Assembly (NCBI GenBank): GCA_035714785.1
Contig: DASTLQ010000011.1
Span: forward strand, 6,124 to 70,123
Length of the DNA: 64,000 bases
DNA from: Minisyncoccota bacterium
GTDB taxonomy: Bacteria; Patescibacteriota; Minisyncoccia; Phycocordibacterales; UBA9973
Reading direction: 5' to 3'
In this document: positions 1 to 9,652 of the stretch, one piece after another
How positions within the stretch are numbered: the first letter of the stretch is position 1
How the letters are laid out: every line of letters begins with the position of its first letter
Made by a program: the position numbers and the translations under genes
The notes under the pieces: generated by a model
What the model saw: the letters and a program-made list of their open reading frames with translations, nothing else
The model's database searches: none
Told to the model about the DNA's origin: nothing

Positions 1-2
1 AT

Positions 3-308
3 GACTCAATCATAGACGTAGGTGAAGAGAGCTTGGAAAAATTAGCTGAGCTGGCGGTGGATGCAAAAATGGTTTTGTGGAATGGGCCTCTCGGTAAATA
101 TGAAGATGGAGGTGATGTTTCTACAAAAAAATTACTTCAGGTAGTTTCCCGCACTCGCGGTGAAAGTATCATCGGGGGAGGAGATACAGTGGCAGTGCTT
201 TCAGAGATGAAGCTTGAGAAAAAATTTACCTTCGTATCTACGGGCGGTGGAGCTACCCTAGACTTTTTAGCCAAAGGGACCTTGCCAGGAATTAAGGCGT
301 TAGACTAA
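3..308 (+). CDS. pgk: phosphoglycerate kinase, C-terminal part (5' truncated by window edge)
   Basis: WNGPLGKYE, IIGGGDT and VSTGGGATLDFL motifs of the PGK C-domain; frame open from base 3. Confidence 0.95.
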   Translation, partial: DSIIDVGEESLEKLAELAVDAKMVLWNGPLGKYEDGGDVSTKKLLQVVSRTRGESIIGGGDTVAVLSEMKLEKKFTFVSTGGGATLDFLAKGTLPGIKALD

Positions 309-715
309 AGCGCTTTCGTGATTTTTTGGGCGACCTCTTCTTTTTCGCCTTCGTGATAGTCTCGTCGGCCTTTCCAGGTGCCGAAACCGTCGTCACTTTT
401 TCGTGGAATTACGTGAACGTGTGAATGGAAAATCACCTGACCCGCTGCAGGGTGATTGTTCATAGTCACATTTATGCCATCTGCTTGCATGGATTCTTTG
501 ATCGCTAAGCTTAGATGCTTGGCTACTCTCATGAGTTCGCACATGATTTCTTCAGGAGTTTCAAAAATATTTGGGTAGTGTTCTTTTGGTATGACTAGGG
601 AGTGACCGATATTTACAGGCTTGGCATCTAGGAGTGCTAGCACTTTGTCGTTTTCGTATAGTTTGTAGCTCGGAATTTCTCCTTTTACAATTTTGCAAAA
701 TATGCAGTCTTCCAT
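305..715 (-). CDS. HIT family protein
   Basis: DCIFCKI N-terminus and histidine triad HSHVHVIP; start placed at ATG 715, 6 nt after TGGTATAAT. Confidence 0.93.
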   Translation of the reverse strand: MEDCIFCKIVKGEIPSYKLYENDKVLALLDAKPVNIGHSLVIPKEHYPNIFETPEEIMCELMRVAKHLSLAIKESMQADGINVTMNNHPAAGQVIFHSHVHVIPRKSDDGFGTWKGRRDYHEGEKEEVAQKITKAL

Positions 716-741
716 GCTGGCATTATACCACACCCCAAAAG

Positions 742-804
742 TGTAAGGGGACCCCTTACATGTTATCCACAGTGTAAGGGGTCCCCTTGCATGTTATCCA
801 CAGG
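742..804. repeat. family-1 palindrome/DnaA-box repeat, two tandem 31-bp units
   Basis: TGTAAGGGGACCCCTTACA-TG-TTATCCACA-G then TGTAAGGGGTCCCCTTGCA-TG-TTATCCACA-GG. Confidence 0.95.
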
Positions 805-831
805 TTGGACGGGTATGGTAGAATGGCAATT

Positions 832-2574
832 ATGCACCAATACGGCGAGCTTTTGAAAAACTTGCTAGAAAATAGAGGCCTCTCTGATGAAAAGCAAGCC
901 GAAATATTCCTAAACCCTAGCTATGAGCGAGATTTTCATGATCCTTTTTTAATGAAAGACATGCAGAAGGCATGTACCCGTATTCTCGAGGCCATTGATA
1001 AAAATGAAAAAACGGTGGTCTATGCTGACTATGACTGTGACGGAATCCCTGGAGCCGTGATCCTAAACGATCTTTTTAAAAAGCTCGGATATGCCAATTT
1101 TGAAATTTATATTCCCGAACGAAATGCTGAGGGGTATGGACTAAACGAAGATGCCTTAAATCAGTTTGCCGAAAGCGGGACTCGGCTCCTCATCACTGTG
1201 GACCTCGGAATTACGGCCAAGGCTGAAGTAGAATACGCAAAGACAAAGGGGATAGATGTGATTATTACCGATCACCATATTCCTCCAGAGTCTTTATCTC
1301 CGGGTGAAAGTGGATTGCCAGATGCGGTGGCGATTTTGAATCCAAAGACAGATGAGTATCCAGAAAAAATGCTCTGCGGGGCAGGAGTGGTTTTTAAGTT
1401 GGCACAGGGTTTGGTAAAAATTTTAGAGATCAAAAGAAGCACGGAAGGAGACGCCGGAGACAAAAAAAGCGGCACGAGCTTGGAAAGCAAAGTTTCCCCT
1501 GGCTGGGAAAAGTGGTTACTCGACATGGCAGGGCTCGCTACTCTTTCGGATATGGTTCCACTTACTGGTGAAAATCGGGCCATCGCGCATTTTGGAATAA
1601 AAGTTTTACGAAAATCCCCTAGGCCGGGTTTGCAAAAACTTTTACAAAAAATGAAAATTGATCAGCGATACCTCACCGCTGACGATTTGGCTTTCATGGT
1701 GACGCCCAAGATTAATGCTGCTTCCCGGATGGATAGTCCTCATCGAGCATACGAGCTTCTTTCGACTGACGATGTGACCGAAGGGGGAGCGCTCGCGGAT
1801 CATCTTTCAAAAATAAACGATGAGAGAAAAACTCTAGTGACCGGCATCATGCGTGAAGTGAATAAAAATTTTGAAAAAAGAAAATTGGAAGAAAAAATAG
1901 GCGACGTGATCGTAATCGGTAATCCGACATGGAAAGTAGGAGTGCTCGGTTTGGTGGCGAGCCGTATCTCGGAAGAATATGAGCGCCCTGTGTTTGTATG
2001 GGGGGCGGACGAAAAAGATTGTATTCGAGGGTCTTGCCGATCTGATGGCTCCGTTTCTTTAGTGGAGCTCATGACGGCTACCCGAGATTGCTTTACCGAG
2101 TTTGGAGGGCACGAGATGGCGGGCGGTTTTTCTTTGGTGCGTGAGAAAGTGCATTTTTTGGAAGAAACTCTTTCGACAGCTTTTGCTAAAGTGAAAAAAG
2201 ATAAAGTCGGTGATCATGTGGCGTATGATATAAAAATGACTCTCCGCGAAGTGAATCGCAGAAACTGGCAGGAGATTGAAAAAATGGAACCCTTTGGTCT
2301 GGGCAATCACAAGCCTGTTTTTCTTTTTGAATCGGTAAAGATAGATGAAGTAAAAAAGTTTGGAAAAAATGGCGGAGAACATTTAGAGATTTCTTTTTCG
2401 GATGCAAGTGGTGGCAGGGTGAAGGCGATTTCATTTTTCTCAGGTGAAGATTCCTTTTCAGCGGCGGGTGCAACTTTGCAAAATGGAGGAGTAGTAAACT
2501 TGATTGCTACTTTCGACCTGTCACGTTTTCGAGGAAGAGAAGAGCTTCGACTCCGGATAGTTGATATAATATAA
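832..2574 (+). CDS. recJ: single-stranded-DNA exonuclease RecJ
   Basis: YADYDCDG, ITVDLG, TDHH (DHH), GSCRS, GGHEMAGG, EPFGLGN; start moved to ATG 832 because the 787 extension is repeat-derived. Confidence 0.95.
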   Translation: MHQYGELLKNLLENRGLSDEKQAEIFLNPSYERDFHDPFLMKDMQKACTRILEAIDKNEKTVVYADYDCDGIPGAVILNDLFKKLGYANFEIYIPERNAEGYGLNEDALNQFAESGTRLLITVDLGITAKAEVEYAKTKGIDVIITDHHIPPESLSPGESGLPDAVAILNPKTDEYPEKMLCGAGVVFKLAQGLVKILEIKRSTEGDAGDKKSGTSLESKVSPGWEKWLLDMAGLATLSDMVPLTGENRAIAHFGIKVLRKSPRPGLQKLLQKMKIDQRYLTADDLAFMVTPKINAASRMDSPHRAYELLSTDDVTEGGALADHLSKINDERKTLVTGIMREVNKNFEKRKLEEKIGDVIVIGNPTWKVGVLGLVASRISEEYERPVFVWGADEKDCIRGSCRSDGSVSLVELMTATRDCFTEFGGHEMAGGFSLVREKVHFLEETLSTAFAKVKKDKVGDHVAYDIKMTLREVNRRNWQEIEKMEPFGLGNHKPVFLFESVKIDEVKKFGKNGGEHLEISFSDASGGRVKAISFFSGEDSFSAAGATLQNGGVVNLIATFDLSRFRGREELRLRIVDII

Positions 2575-2615
2575 TCGAGTAAAATATAAAATAAAAAGCC
2601 AGAATAAAAGCAAAA

Positions 2616-3128
2616 ATGAAAAACGAAAAAATCACAATTTATACAGATGGATCAGCACGAGGAAATCCCGGCAAGGCGGGGTGGGGAGTAGTTTTTATTA
2701 GTGGAGATAAGGTGTGGGAGATGGGAGGTAGAAGCGAACATGCTACCAACAATCAAATGGAGCTTACTGCTGCCATTGAGGCCCTTCGACATGTGAAAAA
2801 GAGCAGTGGGGCTAGGGGGGCCACCAGCAAAGAAACTACGGCAAGGAATGGCGCAGAAAACCCCACGGTAGAAATTTTTTCTGATTCTAAATATGTGATT
2901 TTAGGTGTGACCGAATGGATTCATGGATGGATAAAAAATGGATGGAGAAATGCAGCCAAGAAGCCTGTACTAAATCGCGAGCTTTGGGAAGAGTTGCACG
3001 AGCTAAATAAAGAAGTGAAACCAAAATGGTCGTACGTCGCCGGCCACGCCGACAGTGTTTACAACAACCGCGCAGACGAGATTGCTACGAGTTATGCGGA
3101 TAATCTACCAATGAAGCTAAAAACATGA
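2616..3128 (+). CDS. rnhA: ribonuclease HI
   Basis: YTDGSARGNPG, TNNQMEL, SDSKYV, VAGHA, NNRADEIA. Confidence 0.95.
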   Translation: MKNEKITIYTDGSARGNPGKAGWGVVFISGDKVWEMGGRSEHATNNQMELTAAIEALRHVKKSSGARGATSKETTARNGAENPTVEIFSDSKYVILGVTEWIHGWIKNGWRNAAKKPVLNRELWEELHELNKEVKPKWSYVAGHADSVYNNRADEIATSYADNLPMKLKT

Positions 3129-3138
3129 TCATGAAAAA

Positions 3139-4659
3139 ATGAGGGACAAAATATTTTATAGTGTATGTTTCGGATTTCTTTTAGGAACGCTTATGCGTTC
3201 TTTTGTTTTTATGGAACCATATATTTTTTTCGTGCTCGCGTGTGGGCTTGCGCTTCTAGGTGTAAGGGGACCCCCTACACCTAGCTTGCATGCAAGGGGT
3301 CCCCTTACCCCCGCCACCTCCTTTGCCCTTCCCCGATTATCTGCCCGAGAGTTCCAGGCCTGTTTATCCGTTATATTTTTATGTTTTGGTTTGGGAGTTC
3401 TCCGGTTCCAATTTGCGGACAAAATGTTCCCGGCCGTTTTTGAAACTATGGCTGAGACAAAGATTGAGATCACTGGCACTATAATAGATGAACCAGACGT
3501 GCGGGAAAATAATCAGAAACTGACTGTCGAGATTTCTAAAGAAAATCAAAAGACTCGCATACTCGTGAATACAGGTTTAGAAAAATATTTTCACTACGGT
3601 GATGAGATTTTTTTGGCGGGCAAATTTGAGAAACCAAAAAATTTTCTTCCAAAAGAAGACGAGCCTGAAGCTCGAGAGTTTGATTATGTTTCGTATCTTC
3701 GAAAAGACGGAATCGGCTATATGATGAATTATCCAAAAATAGAAATTACAGGGAAGGGGAAAGGAAATCCAATCAGAGGATTTCTTTTTAGTACAAAAGA
3801 AAAATTTGTTCACAATATTGCTGTTACCGTGCGGAGCCCTGAGTCACTTCTGCTTGGTGGTCTAATTCTTGGGGAACGATCTTCTTTTGATAAGGAGATG
3901 CGACAAAAATTTATTGACACTGGTACCATCCATATCGTGGCACTTTCTGGATACAATGTCACAATTATTTCTGAGTGGATTATAAAAATATTTTCCTTTC
4001 TTCCACAGGCATTCGCGCTTAGTTTTGGAATCTTGGGAATTATTTTGTTTGTTACGATGACGGGCGGACACGCCACCGCTGTGCGAGCAGGAATCATGGC
4101 AGTACTCGCTCTCATCGCTCGGGCGACGGGGCGCAATTATGATGTAGCTAGAGGAATTGTTTTGGCAGCTGTGGTGATGGTTTTAATAAGCCCGCATGTG
4201 CTCGTCTATGATGTCTCCTTTCAGCTTTCATTCATCGCTACGATAGCTGTTATTTTTGTTTCACCAAAGATGGAAAAATATTTCTTGTGGATTCCTGCTA
4301 AATGGCTTCGCGATATCACGGCCACAACTTTTTCTGCATATATATTTGTACTACCTTTCGTTCTGTATAAAATGGGGAACCTTTCTTTGGTCGCCCTTCC
4401 TGCCAATGTTTTGGTACTGCCTACAATTCCCTTCACTATGGTGCTAGGTTTTATGACAGGGTTTGCAGAAATTTTCTCACCAATCCTCTCTGCTCCTTTT
4501 GCTTACGTTGCATATCTTTTGCTTCATTATCAACTCGGGGTGATAGATTTTTTTGCAAAGATTCCGTTCTCCGCATTTATGGTGCCGAGTTTTTCGTTTG
4601 TTTTTGTATTTCTTACTTACGCAATTTTCGCGTATCTATATTTTAGGAAACGTTCTTGA
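3139..4659 (+). CDS. comEC: ComEC/Rec2 competence membrane channel domain protein
   Basis: TGTIHIVALSGYNV, AVRAGIM and SFQLSF motifs; multiple TM segments; no MBL domain in this ORF. Confidence 0.9.
   Translation: MRDKIFYSVCFGFLLGTLMRSFVFMEPYIFFVLACGLALLGVRGPPTPSLHARGPLTPATSFALPRLSAREFQACLSVIFLCFGLGVLRFQFADKMFPAVFETMAETKIEITGTIIDEPDVRENNQKLTVEISKENQKTRILVNTGLEKYFHYGDEIFLAGKFEKPKNFLPKEDEPEAREFDYVSYLRKDGIGYMMNYPKIEITGKGKGNPIRGFLFSTKEKFVHNIAVTVRSPESLLLGGLILGERSSFDKEMRQKFIDTGTIHIVALSGYNVTIISEWIIKIFSFLPQAFALSFGILGIILFVTMTGGHATAVRAGIMAVLALIARATGRNYDVARGIVLAAVVMVLISPHVLVYDVSFQLSFIATIAVIFVSPKMEKYFLWIPAKWLRDITATTFSAYIFVLPFVLYKMGNLSLVALPANVLVLPTIPFTMVLGFMTGFAEIFSPILSAPFAYVAYLLLHYQLGVIDFFAKIPFSAFMVPSFSFVFVFLTYAIFAYLYFRKRS
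3256..3310. repeat. family-1 repeat inserted in frame in comEC
   Basis: CTAGGTGTAAGGGGACCCCCTACACCTAG plus TGCAAGGGGTCCCCTTAC; translated LGVRGPPTPSLHARGPLT. Confidence 0.9.
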
Positions 4660-4681
4660 AATCACAGAAAAAACGCGAACC

Positions 4682-5275
4682 TTAGGAAACTTTCTTGAAA
4701 TTTTCTTCGATCGATCCCCAGTTTAGATTTTCAAAAAAAGCTTCCACGTATTTTTTCTTTTCGGAAGTAGGATAGTCGTAAACATATGCGTGCTCCCACA
4801 TATCGAGTCCCAAAATCCAATCCACTCCGTTTAGTTGCCCTATGTGTTGCTCGTCTATCCATACATGTACAAATTGTTTCAGTTGTCGATCCCAGCCGAG
4901 TACTGCCCATCCCACACCTCGGGTAGTAGCCAAAATTTTGAAGCTGGCTAGCCATCCATCAAACGAAGAAAATTGTTTTTCAATTTCGCTACGAAAAGCT
5001 GAGTCGGATGATAGAGGTTTCGCTCCTCCTTCGAGCGAGCGGAAATAGTATTCGTGGTTTCTCATACCGTTGTACTCAAATCCAAATCTTCTCTGTAGTT
5101 CTCCGATCACGTAAGTGTTAGCTTCTGGATCTACCATGTAGCCGGTAATTTTTTCCTGAATCAGGTTTGCGTGTTTCACATACCCAGCGTAGAGCTTTAA
5201 ATGCTCTTCAATGTTTTTGGCTGAAATCCCTGAAAGCTCACCAATTTTAAATTTTTGTTCTTCAAATTTTTGCAT
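4682..5275 (-). CDS. Fe/Mn superoxide dismutase family protein
   Basis: HLKLYAGYV, NHEYYF, GVGWA and LDMWEHAY motifs. Confidence 0.9.
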   Translation of the reverse strand: MQKFEEQKFKIGELSGISAKNIEEHLKLYAGYVKHANLIQEKITGYMVDPEANTYVIGELQRRFGFEYNGMRNHEYYFRSLEGGAKPLSSDSAFRSEIEKQFSSFDGWLASFKILATTRGVGWAVLGWDRQLKQFVHVWIDEQHIGQLNGVDWILGLDMWEHAYVYDYPTSEKKKYVEAFFENLNWGSIEENFKKVS

Positions 5276-5355
5276 ATAGTTTTTATCTAATATTTATAAT
5301 TTTATGTTTAAATTGTGACGCTTGGTCGCTTTAATAATTACACAAAAAGTATAAC

Positions 5356-6252
5356 ATGCCGAACCGTCGAAAAAACTCAAAGGTCCTATACGTCGTGTTT
5401 TTCCTGTTGCTCTTAAATGTGTTCTTATTTGTTCATGATAGGCGGGATTCAGATAGGGGGCTTGTGTTTGCTATGTTGGATGTTGGGCAAGGAGATGCAC
5501 TATATATAGAGTCACCGACTGGCACACAGGTGTTAGTAGATGGAGGACCTCTGCGGAAAATTCTTGGAAAGCTTTCCGAGGTGATGCCTTCGTATGATCG
5601 CAAGATAGATGCCCTCATCATGACTCATTCAGACTCGGATCATATTTCGGGTTTCAGTGAAGTCCTGTCGGCGTATGAGGTTGGACAAATGTTTGAACCG
5701 GGCGTGGCCACTGATTCTCTAATTTATGAAAATCTAAAAAAAGAATTAGAAGAAAAAAAGATTCCAAGCGTGATTGCACGAAAGGGAATGCGACTCCATC
5801 TCGGTGGTGGTGCCGTGATTGATATAATTTTTCCAGATAGAGATGTGTATGATTGGGAGACAAATATGGCCTCTCTAGTTTTGAAACTCACCTATGGAGA
5901 TGTTTCCTTCATGCTCACCGGAGATGCTTTGATCGAAACTGAAGAATTGATTTTAAAAGAAACGCCAGCAGAATTTTTAAAAAGCACATATCTAAAAGCT
6001 GGACATCATGGTTCAAAAACTTCCACTTCGCAGAAATTCGCTGAAGCAGTTTCTCCGGAGTACGCGTTAATTTCTGCGGGAAGGGAGAACAACTACGGCC
6101 ACCCGCATCCCGAGGTTTTAGAGATTTTAAAAAGTATAGGTGCACAGATTTTACGCACTGACCATTCTGGCACCCTGTGGATAAAGTGTAAGGGGACCCC
6201 TTACCCCAACATGCAAGGGGACCCCTTGCATGTTATCCACAGGTTCCTATGA
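5356..6252 (+). CDS. ComEC-type metallo-beta-lactamase-fold nuclease (stand-alone)
   Basis: LDVGQGDA, THSDSDHISG, LTGDA, GHHGSKTS, NNYGHPHPEV, RTD; C-terminus encoded by repeat DNA. Confidence 0.9.
   Translation: MPNRRKNSKVLYVVFFLLLLNVFLFVHDRRDSDRGLVFAMLDVGQGDALYIESPTGTQVLVDGGPLRKILGKLSEVMPSYDRKIDALIMTHSDSDHISGFSEVLSAYEVGQMFEPGVATDSLIYENLKKELEEKKIPSVIARKGMRLHLGGGAVIDIIFPDRDVYDWETNMASLVLKLTYGDVSFMLTGDALIETEELILKETPAEFLKSTYLKAGHHGSKTSTSQKFAEAVSPEYALISAGRENNYGHPHPEVLEILKSIGAQILRTDHSGTLWIKCKGTPYPNMQGDPLHVIHRFL
6174..6243. repeat. family-1 repeat forming the 3' end of the MBL gene
   Basis: TGTGGATAA 6176-6184, two palindromic cores, TTATCCACA 6233-6241. Confidence 0.95.
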
Positions 6253-6264
6253 TAGAATGAATCC

Positions 6265-7509
6265 ATGAAAGACAAAACACTAGAAAAGTTAATCAAGGGC
6301 GAAGCCAAAAGGCAGGCAGAAGGGCTTGAGCTAATCCCTTCCGAAAACTATGTTTCAGAGGACGTGCTCCTAGCAAACGGCTCTATTTTTACCAACAAAT
6401 ATTCCGAGGGCTACCCAGGTCGCCGATACTATGGAGGGCAAGAATTCACAGACCAAGTAGAAACTCTAGCTATTGAGCGTGTAAAGAAACTTTTCAAGTG
6501 TAAGTTTGCAAACGTTCAGCCCCACTCTGGAGCTCCTGCAAATCTTGCGGTTTACGCTGCACTTCTTTCGCCTGGGGACACCGTTCTTGGAATGGACCTT
6601 TCTCATGGTGGGCATCTTACTCATGGACACCCTATGACCCTGCCCGCAAAGATTTACAACTTCGTCACTTATAAAATGAAAAATCCTGAAACGGGGGAGA
6701 TAGACTACGAGGATCTTCGCAGAGTGGCGCTTGAGACTAGACCCAAAATTATTCTTGCTGGTTTTTCTGCATACCCTCGTACACTCAACTACAAAAAATT
6801 TGTGGAAATTGCCAAGGAGGTGGATGCAATCACAATGGCAGATATGGCTCACATCGCTGGACTGATTGCTGCAAAAGTTTTACGCAATCCATTTGACGAT
6901 GGTTTTGATATTATCACTTCCACTACTCACAAAACACTTCGCGGTCCGCGCGGAGGTATTATTCTAGTTAGAGAAAGTGAAGAGATTGCGAAAAAAATTG
7001 ATAAAGCGATCTTTCCAGGAATTCAAGGTGGTCCGCATATGCATATCATCGCTGCCAAGGCAGTAGCTTTTGGCGAAGCTATGAGTCCAAAGTTTAAACA
7101 GTATGCAAAACAAATTTTGAAAAATGCAAAAGCCATGGAGAAAGTTTTGAAAAAGAATAAAATCCGGATGATCGGGGGAGGGACTGACAACCATCTCATT
7201 CTAGCTGATGTTTTTGGATCACTCGGAGTGACAGGCAAGGAGGCGCAGACCGTGCTCGACGAAGTGGGCATCACTCTCAATATGAATTCGATTGCCGGTG
7301 ATACTCGAAAGCCATTGGATCCTTCGGGTATTCGTTTCGGTACTCCTGCTATTACTACTCGAGGATTTAAAGAAAAAGAATGTGCGAGAGTGGCAGAGCT
7401 TATGATTTCAGTTTTGAAAGACAAAGAAAATGTAAAATTAAAAAAAGCAGTGAAAGCTGAAATTCAAAAAATGGCAAAAAAATTCCCCGTGCCTAAGAGA
7501 TTTGTGTAG
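6265..7509 (+). CDS. glyA: serine hydroxymethyltransferase
   Basis: LIPSENY, NKYSEGYPGRRYYGG, GGHLTHG, TTHKTLRGPRGG. Confidence 0.98.
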   Translation: MKDKTLEKLIKGEAKRQAEGLELIPSENYVSEDVLLANGSIFTNKYSEGYPGRRYYGGQEFTDQVETLAIERVKKLFKCKFANVQPHSGAPANLAVYAALLSPGDTVLGMDLSHGGHLTHGHPMTLPAKIYNFVTYKMKNPETGEIDYEDLRRVALETRPKIILAGFSAYPRTLNYKKFVEIAKEVDAITMADMAHIAGLIAAKVLRNPFDDGFDIITSTTHKTLRGPRGGIILVRESEEIAKKIDKAIFPGIQGGPHMHIIAAKAVAFGEAMSPKFKQYAKQILKNAKAMEKVLKKNKIRMIGGGTDNHLILADVFGSLGVTGKEAQTVLDEVGITLNMNSIAGDTRKPLDPSGIRFGTPAITTRGFKEKECARVAELMISVLKDKENVKLKKAVKAEIQKMAKKFPVPKRFV

Positions 7510-7527
7510 AGAATAATTAAATAAAGA

Positions 7528-8001
7528 ATGTCACACATTCATGAAAAAATAGATTGGACAGTAGAAGTTTTTATTGTTCACAAAAATAGAGTACTTCTTC
7601 GCAAGCATGATAAATACAATATCTGGCTTTCAGTTGGTGGGCACATTGAGCTAGATGAGGATCCAGTCGAAGCAGCCAAGAGGGAAGTGAAAGAAGAAGT
7701 GGGACTAGATGTACAACTCATCGGAAGAGATAAAGGTAAAGGCGATGGAAGCGTAGCAGATCACGGATACTTGGATTTATTGCCACCAAAATACCTCGGA
7801 AGACATCCGATAAATGATAATCACGAACATATTACCTTGGTGTATTTTGCAACAACGGAAACCAGCGAAGCTAGCGACCCAAGTGATATTGAAGATGCGG
7901 AAATATTTTGGGCCACAAAGGAAGACCTTGAAAAGATGGACTTATCTCCAAATGTAAAATGGTATGCCCAGAAAGCTCTAGAAGAATTAAGCACCACATA
8001 G
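7528..8001 (+). CDS. NUDIX hydrolase
   Basis: Nudix box GGHIELDEDPVEAAKREVKEEVG. Confidence 0.92.
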   Translation: MSHIHEKIDWTVEVFIVHKNRVLLRKHDKYNIWLSVGGHIELDEDPVEAAKREVKEEVGLDVQLIGRDKGKGDGSVADHGYLDLLPPKYLGRHPINDNHEHITLVYFATTETSEASDPSDIEDAEIFWATKEDLEKMDLSPNVKWYAQKALEELSTT

Positions 8002-8033
8002 AAAGTTAACCGTTTTTCTGGTATATTTCTCAT

Positions 8034-8732
8034 ATGGCAAAATTAAATAAACAGGGAAAACTGATCGTAATAGATGGTACGGACGGAAGCGGAAAAGCGA
8101 CTCAGGTAAAGCTATTAGAAAAAAGACTAAAGAAAGAAAAGAGAAAAGTGAAGGTGGTGGATTTCCCTGAATATTATGGAAATTTTTTTGGAGCCTTTAT
8201 TGGGCACTGTCTCTCGGAGCAATACTATAATTGGACAAACATTCATCCCAAGATCGCTTCCATCGCATACGCGGCTGACCGCTGGGAATCTTCGGCACAA
8301 ATTAAAAAATGGCTTGCCGAGGGATACATCGTGCTAGCCAATCGATATGTCAGTGCCAATCAAATCCACCAAGGTGGGAAAATAAAAAATGCATCCAAGC
8401 GTGCGTCTTATTTAAAATGGCTCGAAGAAATGGAGTACGGTGTTTTTAAAATCCCTCGACCCGATCGAGTGGTTTACCTAAATGTTCCAATGAAAGTAAT
8501 TTTAAGATTGATAAAAGAAAGGAATAAAAAAACTGCTCGCGCTTATACGGGAAAGAAAAAGGATATAGTTGAAGGAAATGTGGAATATCTGTCTAACTCC
8601 ACCAAAGCCGCGGAGTGGCTTTCACGAAGAGAAAAGGGTTGGATTAAAATAGATTGCGTAAAAGAGGGGATATTACGCACCCCAGAACTTATCCATGAGG
8701 AGATATATGGGAAGATAAAAATAATTCTATGA
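8034..8732 (+). CDS. tmk: thymidylate kinase
   Basis: IDGTDGSGKATQ P-loop, YAADRW, ANRY. Confidence 0.9.
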   Translation: MAKLNKQGKLIVIDGTDGSGKATQVKLLEKRLKKEKRKVKVVDFPEYYGNFFGAFIGHCLSEQYYNWTNIHPKIASIAYAADRWESSAQIKKWLAEGYIVLANRYVSANQIHQGGKIKNASKRASYLKWLEEMEYGVFKIPRPDRVVYLNVPMKVILRLIKERNKKTARAYTGKKKDIVEGNVEYLSNSTKAAEWLSRREKGWIKIDCVKEGILRTPELIHEEIYGKIKIIL

Positions 8733-9226
8733 AAATTCCGATAGTAAACAAAAGTGACGAAATAGTGAGATATAAGGAACGCTATGAAACAACGACTGAT
8801 GATATCAGAAGAATTATTATATTACATGTATTTAATGAAAATGATGAAGTACTTCTGGCAAAAAGATGTTCGCAAAAGATAATTGATCCTGACAAATGGG
8901 GACCATCTGTGGCTGGAACAGTAGAAGAGGGTTATGATTATGATTCGACTGTGATAAAAGAAGCAGAAGAAGAAATTGGTTTAAAAAATATAAAACCAAT
9001 TTTTATTACGAAATTATTTTACGAAGTTTCGAATGCAAAGAGATTTGCTGCTGTTTATTATTACCACATAAATTCAAAAGAAAATGAGATTGTCTTGCAA
9101 GAGGAAGAAGTAGCAGAAGTAAAATGGATTGGATTTGAAGAATTAGATAAATGGTTTACAGCAAAACCAGAAGAATTCGTTCCTTCCTTTTCTCGGGCGA
9201 TAGAAACTATAAAAATTGCAATATGA
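8729..9226 (+). CDS. NUDIX hydrolase (IPP-isomerase-like subfamily)
   Basis: HVFNENDEVLLAKR, AGTVEEG..KEAEEEIG, QEEEVAEVKW. Confidence 0.85.
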   Translation: MKIPIVNKSDEIVRYKERYETTTDDIRRIIILHVFNENDEVLLAKRCSQKIIDPDKWGPSVAGTVEEGYDYDSTVIKEAEEEIGLKNIKPIFITKLFYEVSNAKRFAAVYYYHINSKENEIVLQEEEVAEVKWIGFEELDKWFTAKPEEFVPSFSRAIETIKIAI

Positions 9227-9648
9227 TTCTAAAAGTTAAAAAATTAAGAGATGATGCGCGATTGCCGACCCATGGACATATGGGAGACGCGGGTATGGAT
9301 TTCTATGCGATAGAAGAAGTGAGGTTTGCTCCGAGGGAGATGGCGCGCATCCCCACAGGCGTGGCTGTTGAAATTCCCGAAGGACATGTCGGACTGATAT
9401 GGGACAAATCTGGGGTAGCTTTTAATCTTGGATTAAAGATAATGGGCGGAGTGGTGGATTCTGGGTATCGGGGAGAGATCATAATGTGCCTCCTTAATAC
9501 TACCGACAAAGAGGTTATAATAGAGAAAGGACGAAAGGTGGCTCAGATGATAGTGCAAAAATTTGAGCATTGCGAGATTCTAGAGGTGGACGAAGTCTCT
9601 GAAAGTATACGCGGGGAAGGTAGAGAAGGAAGCACGGGACATATGTAA
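9223..9648 (+). CDS. dut: dUTP diphosphatase
   Basis: DAGMD, KSG, GVVDSGYRGEI, VAQM, RGEGREGSTG; ATGA overlap with the upstream stop. Confidence 0.95.
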   Translation: MILKVKKLRDDARLPTHGHMGDAGMDFYAIEEVRFAPREMARIPTGVAVEIPEGHVGLIWDKSGVAFNLGLKIMGGVVDSGYRGEIIMCLLNTTDKEVIIEKGRKVAQMIVQKFEHCEILEVDEVSESIRGEGREGSTGHM

Positions 9649-9652
9649 AAAA

